A stretch of DNA of 63,936 nt, filler included, from Ministeria vibrans ATCC 50519 (lineage: Eukaryota; Protista; Filasterea): NCBI GenBank assembly GCA_943704425.1. It is 5 parts of 5 records of this genome, joined end to end, with 100 filler letters (N's around TTAATTAATTAA, not from the genome) between each part and the next. Parts side by side here need not be neighbours in the genome. Positions count along the whole stretch, not along the records: positions 20,248 to 38,901 come from CALSCP010000952.1; 4 more parts are not named here. The stretch is one strand, 5' to 3'. Each line of letters starts with the position of its first letter. The first letter of the stretch is position 1. This document shows positions 25,545 to 36,300 of the stretch, in pieces. The position numbers were made by a program, and so were the translations under genes. Below the pieces are notes generated by a model. The model saw nothing but the letters and a program-made list of their open reading frames with translations. It was not told the origin of the DNA and made no database searches.

Positions 25545-25692
25545 TGCTATAGTAATGTCCACTTGGTGTTTCTTATGAATAATAATATTTTTTCTTATTT
25601 GAATTTCTCGGGATCGATCGATCGAACGAATACGAATCGGAGTCGGAAACATTTTTTTTGTTCGTGACTTCACTCTTGAATACCGTTCAGAC

Positions 25693-27004
25693 ATGGGCAA
25701 CGGAGGATCGGCCCCGAAGCACGCTGAGGCATCCGGGCCACTCGCAGATGAGGCCAGCACCCGTCCAAGTTCGACCAAAATGAAAGGAAGCGCTGCTCGT
25801 GCAAGCCACACTGGCGCCACCTCCATCACTGCCTCGCTCGACGTCGAGCCGGCAAGAAGAAAGGCCAAGTCGATGAACTCGAAAAATGGGTCACGCAAAA
25901 CAAAGAAGGGCGTAAGCAGCACAAGCGACGGCACGCCACACCATCCACCACCATCACAAGGGGCTCCTCCTGCGCCCTGTGCCCCCTCGTGTCGGCGACA
26001 GAGCCCCCCGCCCGTCCCCTCTCCCACCCCGCACAGACCACGCATTGCTATGCAGCCCTGTGCCCCCTCCCCCCCGCCCCTACTCGCACTCGTTGTCTCC
26101 GGTTTCGTCTCTCAACGACGATGGTCCCTTCTACGTTTTCACACCTCTCCTTCTCCCGTAGTTCTTTCGGAAACGCGACAAGTCGCCGGCCGGCCCACCA
26201 TCCCTTCCACCACCCATGCTCCCCGACGAGACAGCGCGTATCGCCGCAGCAACTCGGTACCTTTTTTTTGTTTTTAACCCGATGACGTCACCTGTTTTTC
26301 CGTTTTGAATTCCCTCTCTCCCTCATCCACACTCCACGCGGTGCTGCCAGCACGCCTCGTCGACTGCGCATGCCTCCGTCTTGCCTAACGCCCCTCCCCG
26401 TGTGTGTAGGATGACGCGCCGTGCCTCTCTGACGGGCGCCAACGTCAACTGCATCAAGAAGGACAAGAAGGAGCAACTCCTCTCGGCCGATTCGCCATAC
26501 GCCTCGCCAGCCGCCCTCCAGCGTGCCAAGATGCAGGCAGCTCAGAACATTCAGTACTTGGCCGTGAATGTGGCTTCGGGGCGTATGTTGCCGAGTGCAC
26601 ACACACACACACACACACACACTCACTCACTCACGCACTGTCTCACTTTGTCAATTGCAGCAAAAGGACGGGCCACTGGTGCTGGACGTGCCTCAAGTGC
26701 GGCTGGTTCGCGAGGATTTCTTACAGGCGGCGTGGCACAATCGAATGCGGAAGTGGATGCCTTTATTGCGCGTGACCTCAAACGCAGCGCTTCGCCCGGT
26801 CCATCTCCCGCCGTCTCAAAGCGTCGCAAGAGCATCGAAGACACTCACATGACCGACGTTAATGCAGACACAGGCACGGCATCATCATCCTCGGCAGCAG
26901 CAGCAGCACCGCCTGGCTCTGGGGCGTTTGAAGCAGTCATGGAAGTGCCACCCGTCGACATTGAAGGCGCAGCCCAGACGTCCATCTACGCCGCAATGAG
27001 CTAA
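25693..27004 (+). CDS. Unknown low-complexity protein, probably N-myristoylated, multi-exon
   Basis: Starts MGNGGS with a GTAAG donor at about 25912; the last exons lie in ORF 26381-27004. Internal exon structure is uncertain. Confidence 0.45.
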
Positions 27005-27072
27005 CCTCTCTCGCTCTTCCCGCCCCCTCGCCTGTATCTCAATAAGTAACGCCTCTCTCTATTTTCTCTCTT

Positions 27073-27108
<36 letters not shown>

Positions 27109-27170
27109 GTAGTAATGAAACATGAATTCACTTTTCTTATTATTGTTATTGTCATAAGAATCATCATTGC

Positions 27171-27777
27171 TTATTGCTTCATAAAGAGATAGTCCGGATT
27201 GCGCATTGCCTTGAACTCCAAATTGTTGCCGCTCGGGTCCTTGAAAAACATCGTCTTCTGCTCGCCGTTCAGCCCGGCAAATCGCACATGAGGCTCAATA
27301 ATGAACTAAAAAGGATTTGTTTTTGTTGATTTGGTTGATCGGAGGTCTCACTTTGACATTTCTCTCTTTGAGTCTGGTCGCCAAGGTATCAAACTGCACC
27401 CAGTCAAGCACAACGCCAAAGTGGGGCACGGGCACGTCGTCGCCGTCGACGGGGTTGACGTGCTCCGTAATGGGTCCTGTGGCCAGATGGACCACCACTT
27501 GGTGGCCGAAGAAGTCGTAGTCGATCCACCGCTCGCTCGTCCGCCCTACGCCCCCGTCAGTCACGCCGCACACCCCCACCCACTGCGCTACCTTCCGTCA
27601 GCCCCAGCACCCCCGTGTAGAAGGCGCGCGTCGTCTCCAGGTCGTGCACTGTGCGGTTTGTTGTTCACTCAGCTGTGCCTTCTACTTTATGCGATGGCGC
27701 ACCGCCCTACCTGGAAAAGCAAGGTGAAATGGCTGCAGCACAGCCTTGCAAAGTCCCTCGGCCGCACCAGTCGACAT
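27171..27777 (-). CDS. VOC/glyoxalase-family protein (bacterial COG3565-like), 4 exons
   Basis: Spliced product reads [91 protein letters not shown]. Confidence 0.9.
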
Positions 27778-28022
27778 AGCTCACAGAAAGAAAGCAAAGC
27801 CAAACAAAAATATATTCCATAATTCCAATAATTATTATCAACGTCTCACAGTCACTCACAAGTCACAGACCCCAGTGTGTCTTCAGTCGCCAGTTATGAG
27901 TAAGTTGCCTCACGGGGGAAAGGCCCCCTGGAGGGTCGCTCCGCCTCACGGTTCACGCATTGTCAATTGTCATTGTGTTACGTCTTTTGACTTTTGACTT
28001 ATCCAAAGTGATCATTATTGAT

Positions 28023-28197
28023 GAGTGAAAGTCAGAACCCACCCATTTCAAAATTGAAAAGTCAGAACCCACCCATTTTCAAATCCTTGCTCAGAACCCA
28101 CCCATTTTCAAATCCTTGCTCAGAACCCACCCATTTTCAAATCCTTGCTCAGAACCCACCCATTTTCAAATCCTTGATCAGAACCCACCCATTTTCC
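28023..28197. repeat. Left TIR: tandem ~29-bp units CAGAACCCACCCATTTTCAAATCCTTGCT
   Basis: About six units are visible. Confidence 0.9.
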
Positions 28198-28234
28198 ACA
28201 AACTTTCTTTCTTAATTCTTTCACTCATTTCGCT

Positions 28235-30802
28235 TCACTCTTCGTTCTCTTGATTCTCGCCAAGCTCAACTGGCGTGCTCATTTCGCGCTTTGGACACGT
28301 CGTTTTGTAATGTCCAAGCTGGCCGCAAGCCTGGCATGGGCGCCGGCCGCGGCTCTTCTTGGTTTTCCCCTCATCGCCTGCGTCGCCCGTCGGTGGGTTG
28401 GGCGCAGCCGACGCGGGGGTTGTGGGTGTCGTTGAGGTGGTTGTAGTTGTTGTAGCTGTTGCTGTAGACGTTGTAGTTGTTGCGGAGCTGCTCTGCTTGT
28501 TGATCTTGCCCAGCGCCTCGGCCACGTCGCCCAAAGTCACCTTCACCTTCTTGCGCATCTCGTTGCCGGCGATGCGCTTCGCGGCCATTTCGTTCACGTC
28601 GATCTCGCCGAACGATGAATGGCGTGCGCCAGTCCGAGCTTGCGCCCCGGTGATTGCAAGAAAAGCTTGCTTGGACGTGAGCGCCACGGGGGCCGAGCGC
28701 TCCACAATGTTGACAAGGGTTGGTGACTGCAAAATGTAGGAACGCGGCACCTCCACCGTGATCCACACCGGCGCCTTGATGTTCGACGCAGCGCGCAGGT
28801 TGCTGGTCGGCGGCACGTACATTGTGATGTTTCAGAGGCGCTCGGAAACGAACGCGGCTGTTGACTCGGGAAGGACAATCGAGGCCTCGTCGCCGCCGCG
28901 CAGCTTAAAGATCTTCACAGCCCAAATCACGTGTACACACGGGAGAATATCGACTGCGTTGCGACCACAGGAGCACCAAGACGATCGCGGCGTGGCCTCA
29001 GCCAGATCCACTTCAAGAGTGCGCCTGGGCAGTCGTGGCTGGCGACGTGGACACGCTCGTTGTCCAGTTGCACGACCAGTCGGAGGTTGCTGGCACCCCA
29101 TTGCGCACGGCTGTTGAACTCCTTATTCATTGCAGCTGATGCCAAGAAGTTGCCCGGCCGGCGCGAGAATGATTTCGCCTGGTAGATGCGCGCCGCTGCG
29201 TCGGCCACCACCTTTCGCACAGTCTCGAGTGGGCCACTCTGCCGCTTCTCCTCGCTCGCGGCCGCAAACACTGTCTCAGCGTCGTTGCTCGTTGTGTTGC
29301 CGAACGGATTAAAGCGTTGTCCGATCACGCTCGCAGCCCACTCGCGCGGCGGATGACCGTCGGTGATGTACTTGAAGCTCTTCTTGCTCAGTCGCTCGAT
29401 AGCAGCCATGGCGTCCTCGAAGACGAGCGTGTCTGGGGTGTTGGCGGCGACCTCGAAATGTTGCATGATGACGATTCGGTCGGCCTTGCTGGTGAGGTCG
29501 TCGCACGTCGCCAGGAATCCGCAAAGATTGCGCTTGAAGTGGATTATGCAGTGGACGACGTCGGCGAGCTCTCCGTACACTTGGCCAATCGCACTGTTGA
29601 GTGCGATGCCACGATCGCAGATCACTTTGATGCCGCCGTGGTGCTGTGTGAATCGCACATGTGCTTCCATCGTCTCGAGCACCCATTTGGCTTCCTCAGC
29701 GCTCTCCTTCTCCACCACACCCACAGCGAGCAATACGCGCGACTGCGTGAACGTGCGCGCTGTGACGACCGCGAGGCTGCCAAAGCCAGATGTGGTCGCC
29801 GCCGGTCGTCCCATGCATCGACGGCGCTTGGCCATCGTGTCGCCGGTACTCTCCTCTAGCTCTGTTGCCGCGCGCTTCCGTTCAGCTTGGCCACCGACGC
29901 CAGCACGGCTCGCCGCTTCGTCCTCGCCTGCACCACTCTCGTTCTCCTCGTCGTCCTCGTCCGCATCATCGTCGTGTCCACGTCGCTCCACGGCCGGGCC
30001 AGCATGCGCCCCGTACGCACCTTCAATGTGAGCATGAAGAAACGATTCGACGCTGCGGACGCGCCCGCCGAGATGACCGAAGTCAATGCAGACAATGTCG
30101 CTGACGAGGCCGCTGGTCAGCATTCTGACAGTAGATCCAGGGCACAAGATCGCGCGCTTGAATGTAGCGCAGCCGTCTGGCGAAACGTCGGCGTCCACTT
30201 CGAACACGCCCAAGTTGAGCGTGTCGGCCTTGTCAAAGGCGTCGATGTAGGCAACGAGAGCGCCCCACGGCTCAGCGTGCGTAGTCGCCGCGAATTCGGA
30301 TGACGCGACAGTAACCCCGCGACGCAGCGCCGACGCGCTCGCGGCGGCGCCGTCTCCGGTTTTGGCGAGCATTGCTTTCGTCGCATCGCCGCGTTTGCCG
30401 GAAAGAGTCGTCGGCACGACCGAGCGGGCGGCGTTGGCCACGGCGCTGACCGACAGCGACGGGTTGCGGCGGACGCTGCTGCGGTTGGCGAGTGAGTCGC
30501 ATGTGTGGACGAGGTTGGAGGAGAGGACAACAAATTCGCTGCCACGGGCGCGCGCGCGTACGTGGAACGTGCAGCCGGCTTCGGGCACGCGCGTAGACTC
30601 CTTGGGCGCCGTCGAACACACAAACGTGAAGCGCATCGAGTTGTTGTTCTGCAGGCAGCGCGACTGCAGATTCGTGAGCGCCTCGAGTCGGTAGCGTCCG
30701 TCGTTTAGAGCGGATTTTGATGGAAATGCACTCCCAGGCTTGAAAGTGTCCTTGCACTCGGCCTGTGGGACAGTGTCGCCCAGGGCGATGAAATCGCGTG
30801 TC
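28235..30802 (-). pseudogene. MULE transposase (MuDR N-term, DDE core, SWIM finger, C-terminal zinc knuckle) with one frameshift and one in-frame stop
   Basis: ORF 28927-30636 has CIDFGHL, ICDRG, HCIIHFKRN and TTSNDAE. The SWIM finger CSCG...PCVH is in another frame (shift at about 29020). TGA at 28832-28834 is followed in the same frame by sequence ending CQACGQLGHYKTTC. The 5' exon is not resolved. Confidence 0.85.
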
Positions 30803-31146
30803 TGCAGGGAGGAAGCAGAGAGATTTAGCGTTTGCGCGCCAAAATCAATCGCGTGCTCCTGACTGTGCGAGGCACGCCTCCAGCATCGCTATCGTCCCCA
30901 AGCATCGCGGCATCCACTGTGTCGCCCTCCATGGCAAAAGAAGAAGACAACGGCGTAACAAAAAGAGTGATCAGTGCAGACAGTGATCATTCAACAATGA
31001 TGCTTTAGAGATAATAAGAAACACCAAACATACCAACTTTAGAGATAATAAGAAACACCAAACGTACCAAGCAACAGGCAAGCTTGCATGCGAATGCATG
31101 GAATGACGGAAATCTGATGTCGCCAATTCGCCTATCTGGAAATTGG

Positions 31147-31378
31147 AATGGGTGGGTTCTGAGCAAGGATTTGAAAGTGGGTCTGTGGGTGGGTTCTGAG
31201 CAAGGATTTGAAAATGGGTGGGTTCTGAGCAAGGATTTGAAAATGGGTGGGTTCTGANNNNNNNAAATGGGTGGGTTCTGAGCAAGGATTTGAAAATGGG
31301 TGGGTTCTGAGCAAGGATTTGAAAATGGGTGGGTTCTGACTTTTCAATTTTGAAATGGGTGGGTTCTGACTTTTACTC
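31147..31378. repeat. Right TIR: inverted array of the same ~29-bp unit, with N gap
   Basis: ATGGGTGGGTTCTGAGCAAGGATTTGAAA repeated. Confidence 0.9.
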
Positions 31379-31456
31379 ATTATTGATTATTATTATATGA
31401 ATGGAAAATTGGAAATTGTACTCATTTTCCAAATTAATTGTAAAATTGTTCGAGCG

Positions 31457-33023
31457 ATGGCTAGACCAACACCGCTGACTTGCAGGTTTGAGCGCCCTGC
31501 ATACTCGCCGCACTCACCTCCCTCCCTCCTTCGCCCTGTCCAGCGGCCACACGCGCCCCGTTGTCGATCTGTCCTTCTCGCCCGTCACTCCCGACGGCTA
31601 CTTCCTCATCTCGTCGTGCAAAGGTACCCCACCCGCCACCCCTCCCCAGCCCCTCGTCGTCCCCACGAGACGGCGCGCCGTGCGTGCGCTGCCTTCTCGA
31701 TTCTTCTTCGAGCGGACGAGTTGCTTCGTCTCTCACATGTAGTATTCGCTGACGACTGTTCTTTGCGCCCTCTCGCCTCCCTTCTCGCCAGACGGACTCC
31801 CCATGTTAAGAGAAGGAAAGACCGGGGACTGGGTGGGCACCTTCAAGGGACACAAGGTATGTGCACGGCTCTTTCCCGCGTCACCACTCATCAGTCATCT
31901 CTTGTGCAGGGAGCCATTTGGGTTGCGCGACTCAATGACACAGCAACACTTGCTTTAACAGGCTCCGCAGACTTTACAGCGTACGTGAAGCCAGAACGGC
32001 ACCCTGGTTCACGCATCTCCTTGCACAGACACCCACTGACTTATGCGCATCTCACTCATGCAGGAAACTGTTTGATGCAGTGACGGGCGACGAACTCCAC
32101 TCGTTTGCTCACGACCACATAGTGCGTGCCGCCGCCTTCTCTCACGACTCTACTCACATTGTAACCGCCGTAAAACAGTCTGTTCGTCTCTATGACCTCG
32201 CTCTTCCCACTGCCGGTAAGTCAATCCTTTCTCTTCTTCTGCCCTCCTAATCCTCCACTCCACGCCTCTTCGTTACTCTCAGCGCCCACTGTGCTTGAAA
32301 ATGTCGCTTCCAAAGCCATCAAAGTTTTGCTGTGGCCGTCCAAAGACGATGAGAATGTCATTTTAACTGGCTCTGACGATGGCAAAATCAGGTACAACCA
32401 TTATTTTCTTAAGCGCCTTGCACCTCATTTATTCTCTGCTTCAGACTGTTTGACGTGCGCACTCCCACAAACACCCCCATTGCTACTCTTGAGAGCCCTG
32501 CCAAGGGCGAAATTCGCAGTGTTGAGCTCAGCCGGTCGTTCCTCACAGTCGCAGACGGTTCGCGCTCAGTCGCATTTTGGGACCTCAAAAGGTATTAATA
32601 ATTATAAAATATAATAATAATAATTATTAATAATAAGAATAATAATAATAATACTAATAATGGTTGCAGTCGGTCGCTGGTAAAGCAGGTCGAGTGCGAC
32701 ACAGACGTCTACTCTGCGTCGCTGCATCCGGACCACCAGCGCTTTGTGGTCGGTGGAAAGGACTGCCATTTGCATGTGTACTCTTTTGACTCCGCACAGC
32801 CCATTGGTATGTGGTAACGTGCCGATCTTTGACACTGATGCACTGTCGCTCTCCTTCCCAAACAGAGAAAGCGTACAAGGGCCATCATGGGCCCGTGCAC
32901 TGTGTACGTTATGCGCCCGACGGTGAACTGTACGCCAGTGGCAGTGAGGATGGAACTGTACGCCTTTGGCAGACTAACATCGGCACTGAGTACGGTCTGT
33001 GGAAGGCCGTCGATCCCAAGTAG
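31457..33023 (+). CDS. STRAP: Serine-threonine kinase receptor-associated protein (WD40, UNRIP), intron-rich
   Basis: Spliced product reads [93 protein letters not shown]...YGLWK. Confidence 0.93.
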
Positions 33024-33156
33024 TCAATACACACACACACACACACACTCCTTCTCCCTATCTATATATCTATCTCATCCAGTTAATCAAAAAGTGTACG
33101 GTTTTAGTTCATTTAGTAGTGAGTATAACATGAATCTATCTTCTCTCTCGTTCTCT

Positions 33157-33244
<88 letters not shown>

Positions 33245-33304
33245 CCTGCCCCTCTCTGTGTTGTATACGTCGTTCTTTACGTCTCTCTTTCTCTCTCATC
33301 AAAT

Positions 33305-36300
33305 TCAAAAGTGCTCGCTGAGCCACGCCTCATCAGGCGTACGGCCGCTACGCAATGCGCTGGTACCACCGAGAGAGTCTTCGAGCGAAAAGACCTGCTC
33401 GTGGATGTACTCATCATCCTTCTCGTGCTCGTTTGTGGCCCGGTCAAACTCGTCAACACGTCGGCTTGCAGGCGACTTAAGTGTCGAGCGCGGCATCTTG
33501 GGACTGCGCAGGGTGTGCTTGCCGTGTGACTTGGTCGACAGGAACGAGCCCATATCTGGTTCCGACGCCGGATACACCACCGAGGTCAGAGCTGTCGCGC
33601 GCGTACCATCTCCCATCTCGCGCGACAACGACTCAGGCGGCTCCGACGAACGGCCCGCTGTGTTGCTCGTCACCAGAATGCCACCCTGGCTGAACTCGTT
33701 GCCCGCGCCCGCAAACAGACCCAACGTGTCCATTTCAAAGGCCTCCTCGCCAGGTCGGGGAAGCGTTGCGGCGCGACGCATTGCGCCAGCCGCAAGCGAG
33801 TTGGTGCTCGAGGCGCCAGCCGCAAGCGAGTTGGTGCTCGACTGAGGCGTGCGGTTCTTGCGACGCTGCGACGCTAACCGCTTGTCGACAAAGGCGGCAG
33901 CGGACTCGGCCGTGACGGGCGCCGGTGTCAACTGCGTACGTCGATCCAATCGTGCACCCGACTTGTCAACTGCCGTCATACTGACGACACGTTTCTTTTC
34001 GGCCCGTCGGTCAACGGGCGGCGAACGAATGTCCGCTGACGACTGGCGCAGCTTGTTCACTTTAGGTTTCTCCTTGTAACGGAGGAAACTGCCCAGTGGC
34101 GGCGACAAGGGCTGATCTTCTTGCGGCGAATGCAGCGACTCGGTCGACGACTCAAAGTCCACAGGGGCACGTACAATCGCACGGTGTGTCGGCAGAGGCG
34201 ACACGAGCAGCGACGCACTTAGGTTGGTCATGGACTTCTCCGCACGTTTCGACGACGCATGGCGAATAGGCGTGTTGCGCACGCCACTCATGCCGCGGCG
34301 GTCTTCGCCCGGCAACGTTCGTGGCGACGTTGGTGGCGACGGCTCAGGAGACGAGTCAGCAACCGCCGAGAACTGAGAGCCACGCGTCGACTGGAAGCGC
34401 CCAAAGCGTGGTGCCTCGCCCTCGAGATTGGACGGACGTCGACGCACCGATGGCCGTCGACCCGACTCCAGCTCGTTGTAGCCCGCAGCCCCCATGGCGC
34501 CCGCCGAGCCCGCCACCTTGTCAGTGTCACTCGAGCCGCAGCAGAGGGAGCGCATCAGAAGGACAAACAGCGGAATAGTCAAAATAAAAAAGATGACCAC
34601 ACTGGCGTAGGCAACCCAGGTGGCAGTCGCACCAAGCGACGTGTTGTCGGGCGACGCAAAGAAGATGGCAAGCAGCACAAAAATGACGAGCACAAGTAGA
34701 TTCATCACCAGATCAATGAGCATGCGCCACTTGCTGAGGAAAGGACGGACAAAGAGCACCAGGCCCAGGTAGACGGCGTACACCACGCACAGGAGTACAA
34801 TTTGCATGATGTTCGCGCTTGTGCTTGACACGCCCACGTACGCCCCAATGATGATTCCCAGAAGGATCTTGCGCGCAAACACCGTCAAGTAGAACCAGCG
34901 TCGCTCATACTTGTACAGACGGTAGCTCATGCCAATGGCTCGGTAACGACGCTCCTCCTTCGTCAGTGCATCCGCACTCATGAGGATGTCCTCAATACCC
35001 CGCATCCAGTACACATAGTAAACGACGTGCAGCAGAACCCACACCAACGCGATAACGGCCATAATGAGCCGCATGGGAACGCCACTCGCACTCGCCGTCG
35101 TCATCTGGCGAACCACCACTGCGAACTCAAGACACGACGCAATCCACAGGCCCACAAAGGAAAACATGGTCCAACGGTAGATAAGGCCCAGTGCCATAAA
35201 AACATACTTGGCCGAGTCCTGACGGCCCTCTGTGAAAGTATAGTGCGCCTTTCGGGTGTAATTCCAGCGGGTCTGGCCAAAACGCGAGTTACCCACGGCC
35301 ATGCGATGCAATACGGCCAGAAGGAGCAACACGACAAGAATGGCAAGTACAATGCAGTAGTAGAAGAAAACGGCCAGGAAGAACTGGTGTACAGGGTCGC
35401 TCATTTCCATGCCCACCGTGTACTGCTCCATGGTAAGCAAATGTCGCTGGCCCGCCGCACGCGCCGTTTTCTCAAAGCCATAAAGATAGTCCTTGCTCAC
35501 GTGGTTCCACGGCAGCGATTCTGCAAGATTCATCCACGAGAAGCACGCCGTGTAGTTGGCGTAGAAGTCGGGCAGTGGGGCATTGAGCAAACCGGTGGCC
35601 GTCATGGCCTGCATAAAGTCAAAGAACACCCAAACACCACTGACCGTGCCAAAAGTGAAGCCCGAGAAGCCAAAGATCAGCGCAAACGTAGTCATCACCT
35701 GCCCGCCCGTACAGCCCGACGTCGTCAGTTGACCAAGCGTTGACGCTGACGGCGCAAGGTCCGTGGTGATCGACACATTAGCCAAGCTCACTTGACCCCA
35801 CAAGTCCGTCAAGCTGTACGTGAATGAGTCGTTGCGCACATTCAACATGTCTGACGGTGAGTACGTCGCTTTCACACCCCCCGCTCCGTCTGCGGCAATG
35901 ACCACTCCGCCATAGAGCGGCGGTTCCACCACAACGACCGCCGAGGACGGATCAATGTCGCTGACCCCATCATTGGTCGTCAGGATCACTTCCCACGACG
36001 TTTGGCCGCTCTGCACATCCGCGGCTGAAATGAAAATCGCATCGTCGACAGCGTCGAGCGTCACAGGCGGCTCCACCACAATCGTAATGGTCAGCGGCGT
36101 GCACATGGCAGCCACGTCGCACACCTCAGCGACAATGGTTACATTGCCAGTCCAATAAAGAGGCGCCGTGTAGTTGAGCACACCCGTAGGTCCAACAGAC
36201 GGCACAGCCACGAGGCCAGTCGTGGGCGCAACAGTCATGGGCGTGGTCACAGGCATCGACAACGTGCCGGTACCGTCCACCGACAGCACCTCAAAGGTTG

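Larger units (their letters stand above)
28023..31378 (-). mobile_element. Mutator/MULE DNA transposon with tandem-repeat (foldback-like) TIRs and 9-bp TSD
   Basis: Termini GAGTGAAAGTCAGAACCC... and ...GGGTTCTGACTTTTACTC are inverted copies with one mismatch in the first ~47 bp. Flanked by ATTATTGAT at 28014-28022 and 31379-31387. Contains an internal transposase. Confidence 0.93.

Noticed and set aside
28023-28197. CRISPR array or telomere from the 29-bp repeats
   Set aside because: The units are contiguous without unique spacers and are mirrored at the other end of a transposon with a TSD.
28832-28834. TGA recoding or an alternative genetic code
   Set aside because: It is a single case in a transposon that also has a frameshift; host genes end at TAA, TAG and TGA normally.
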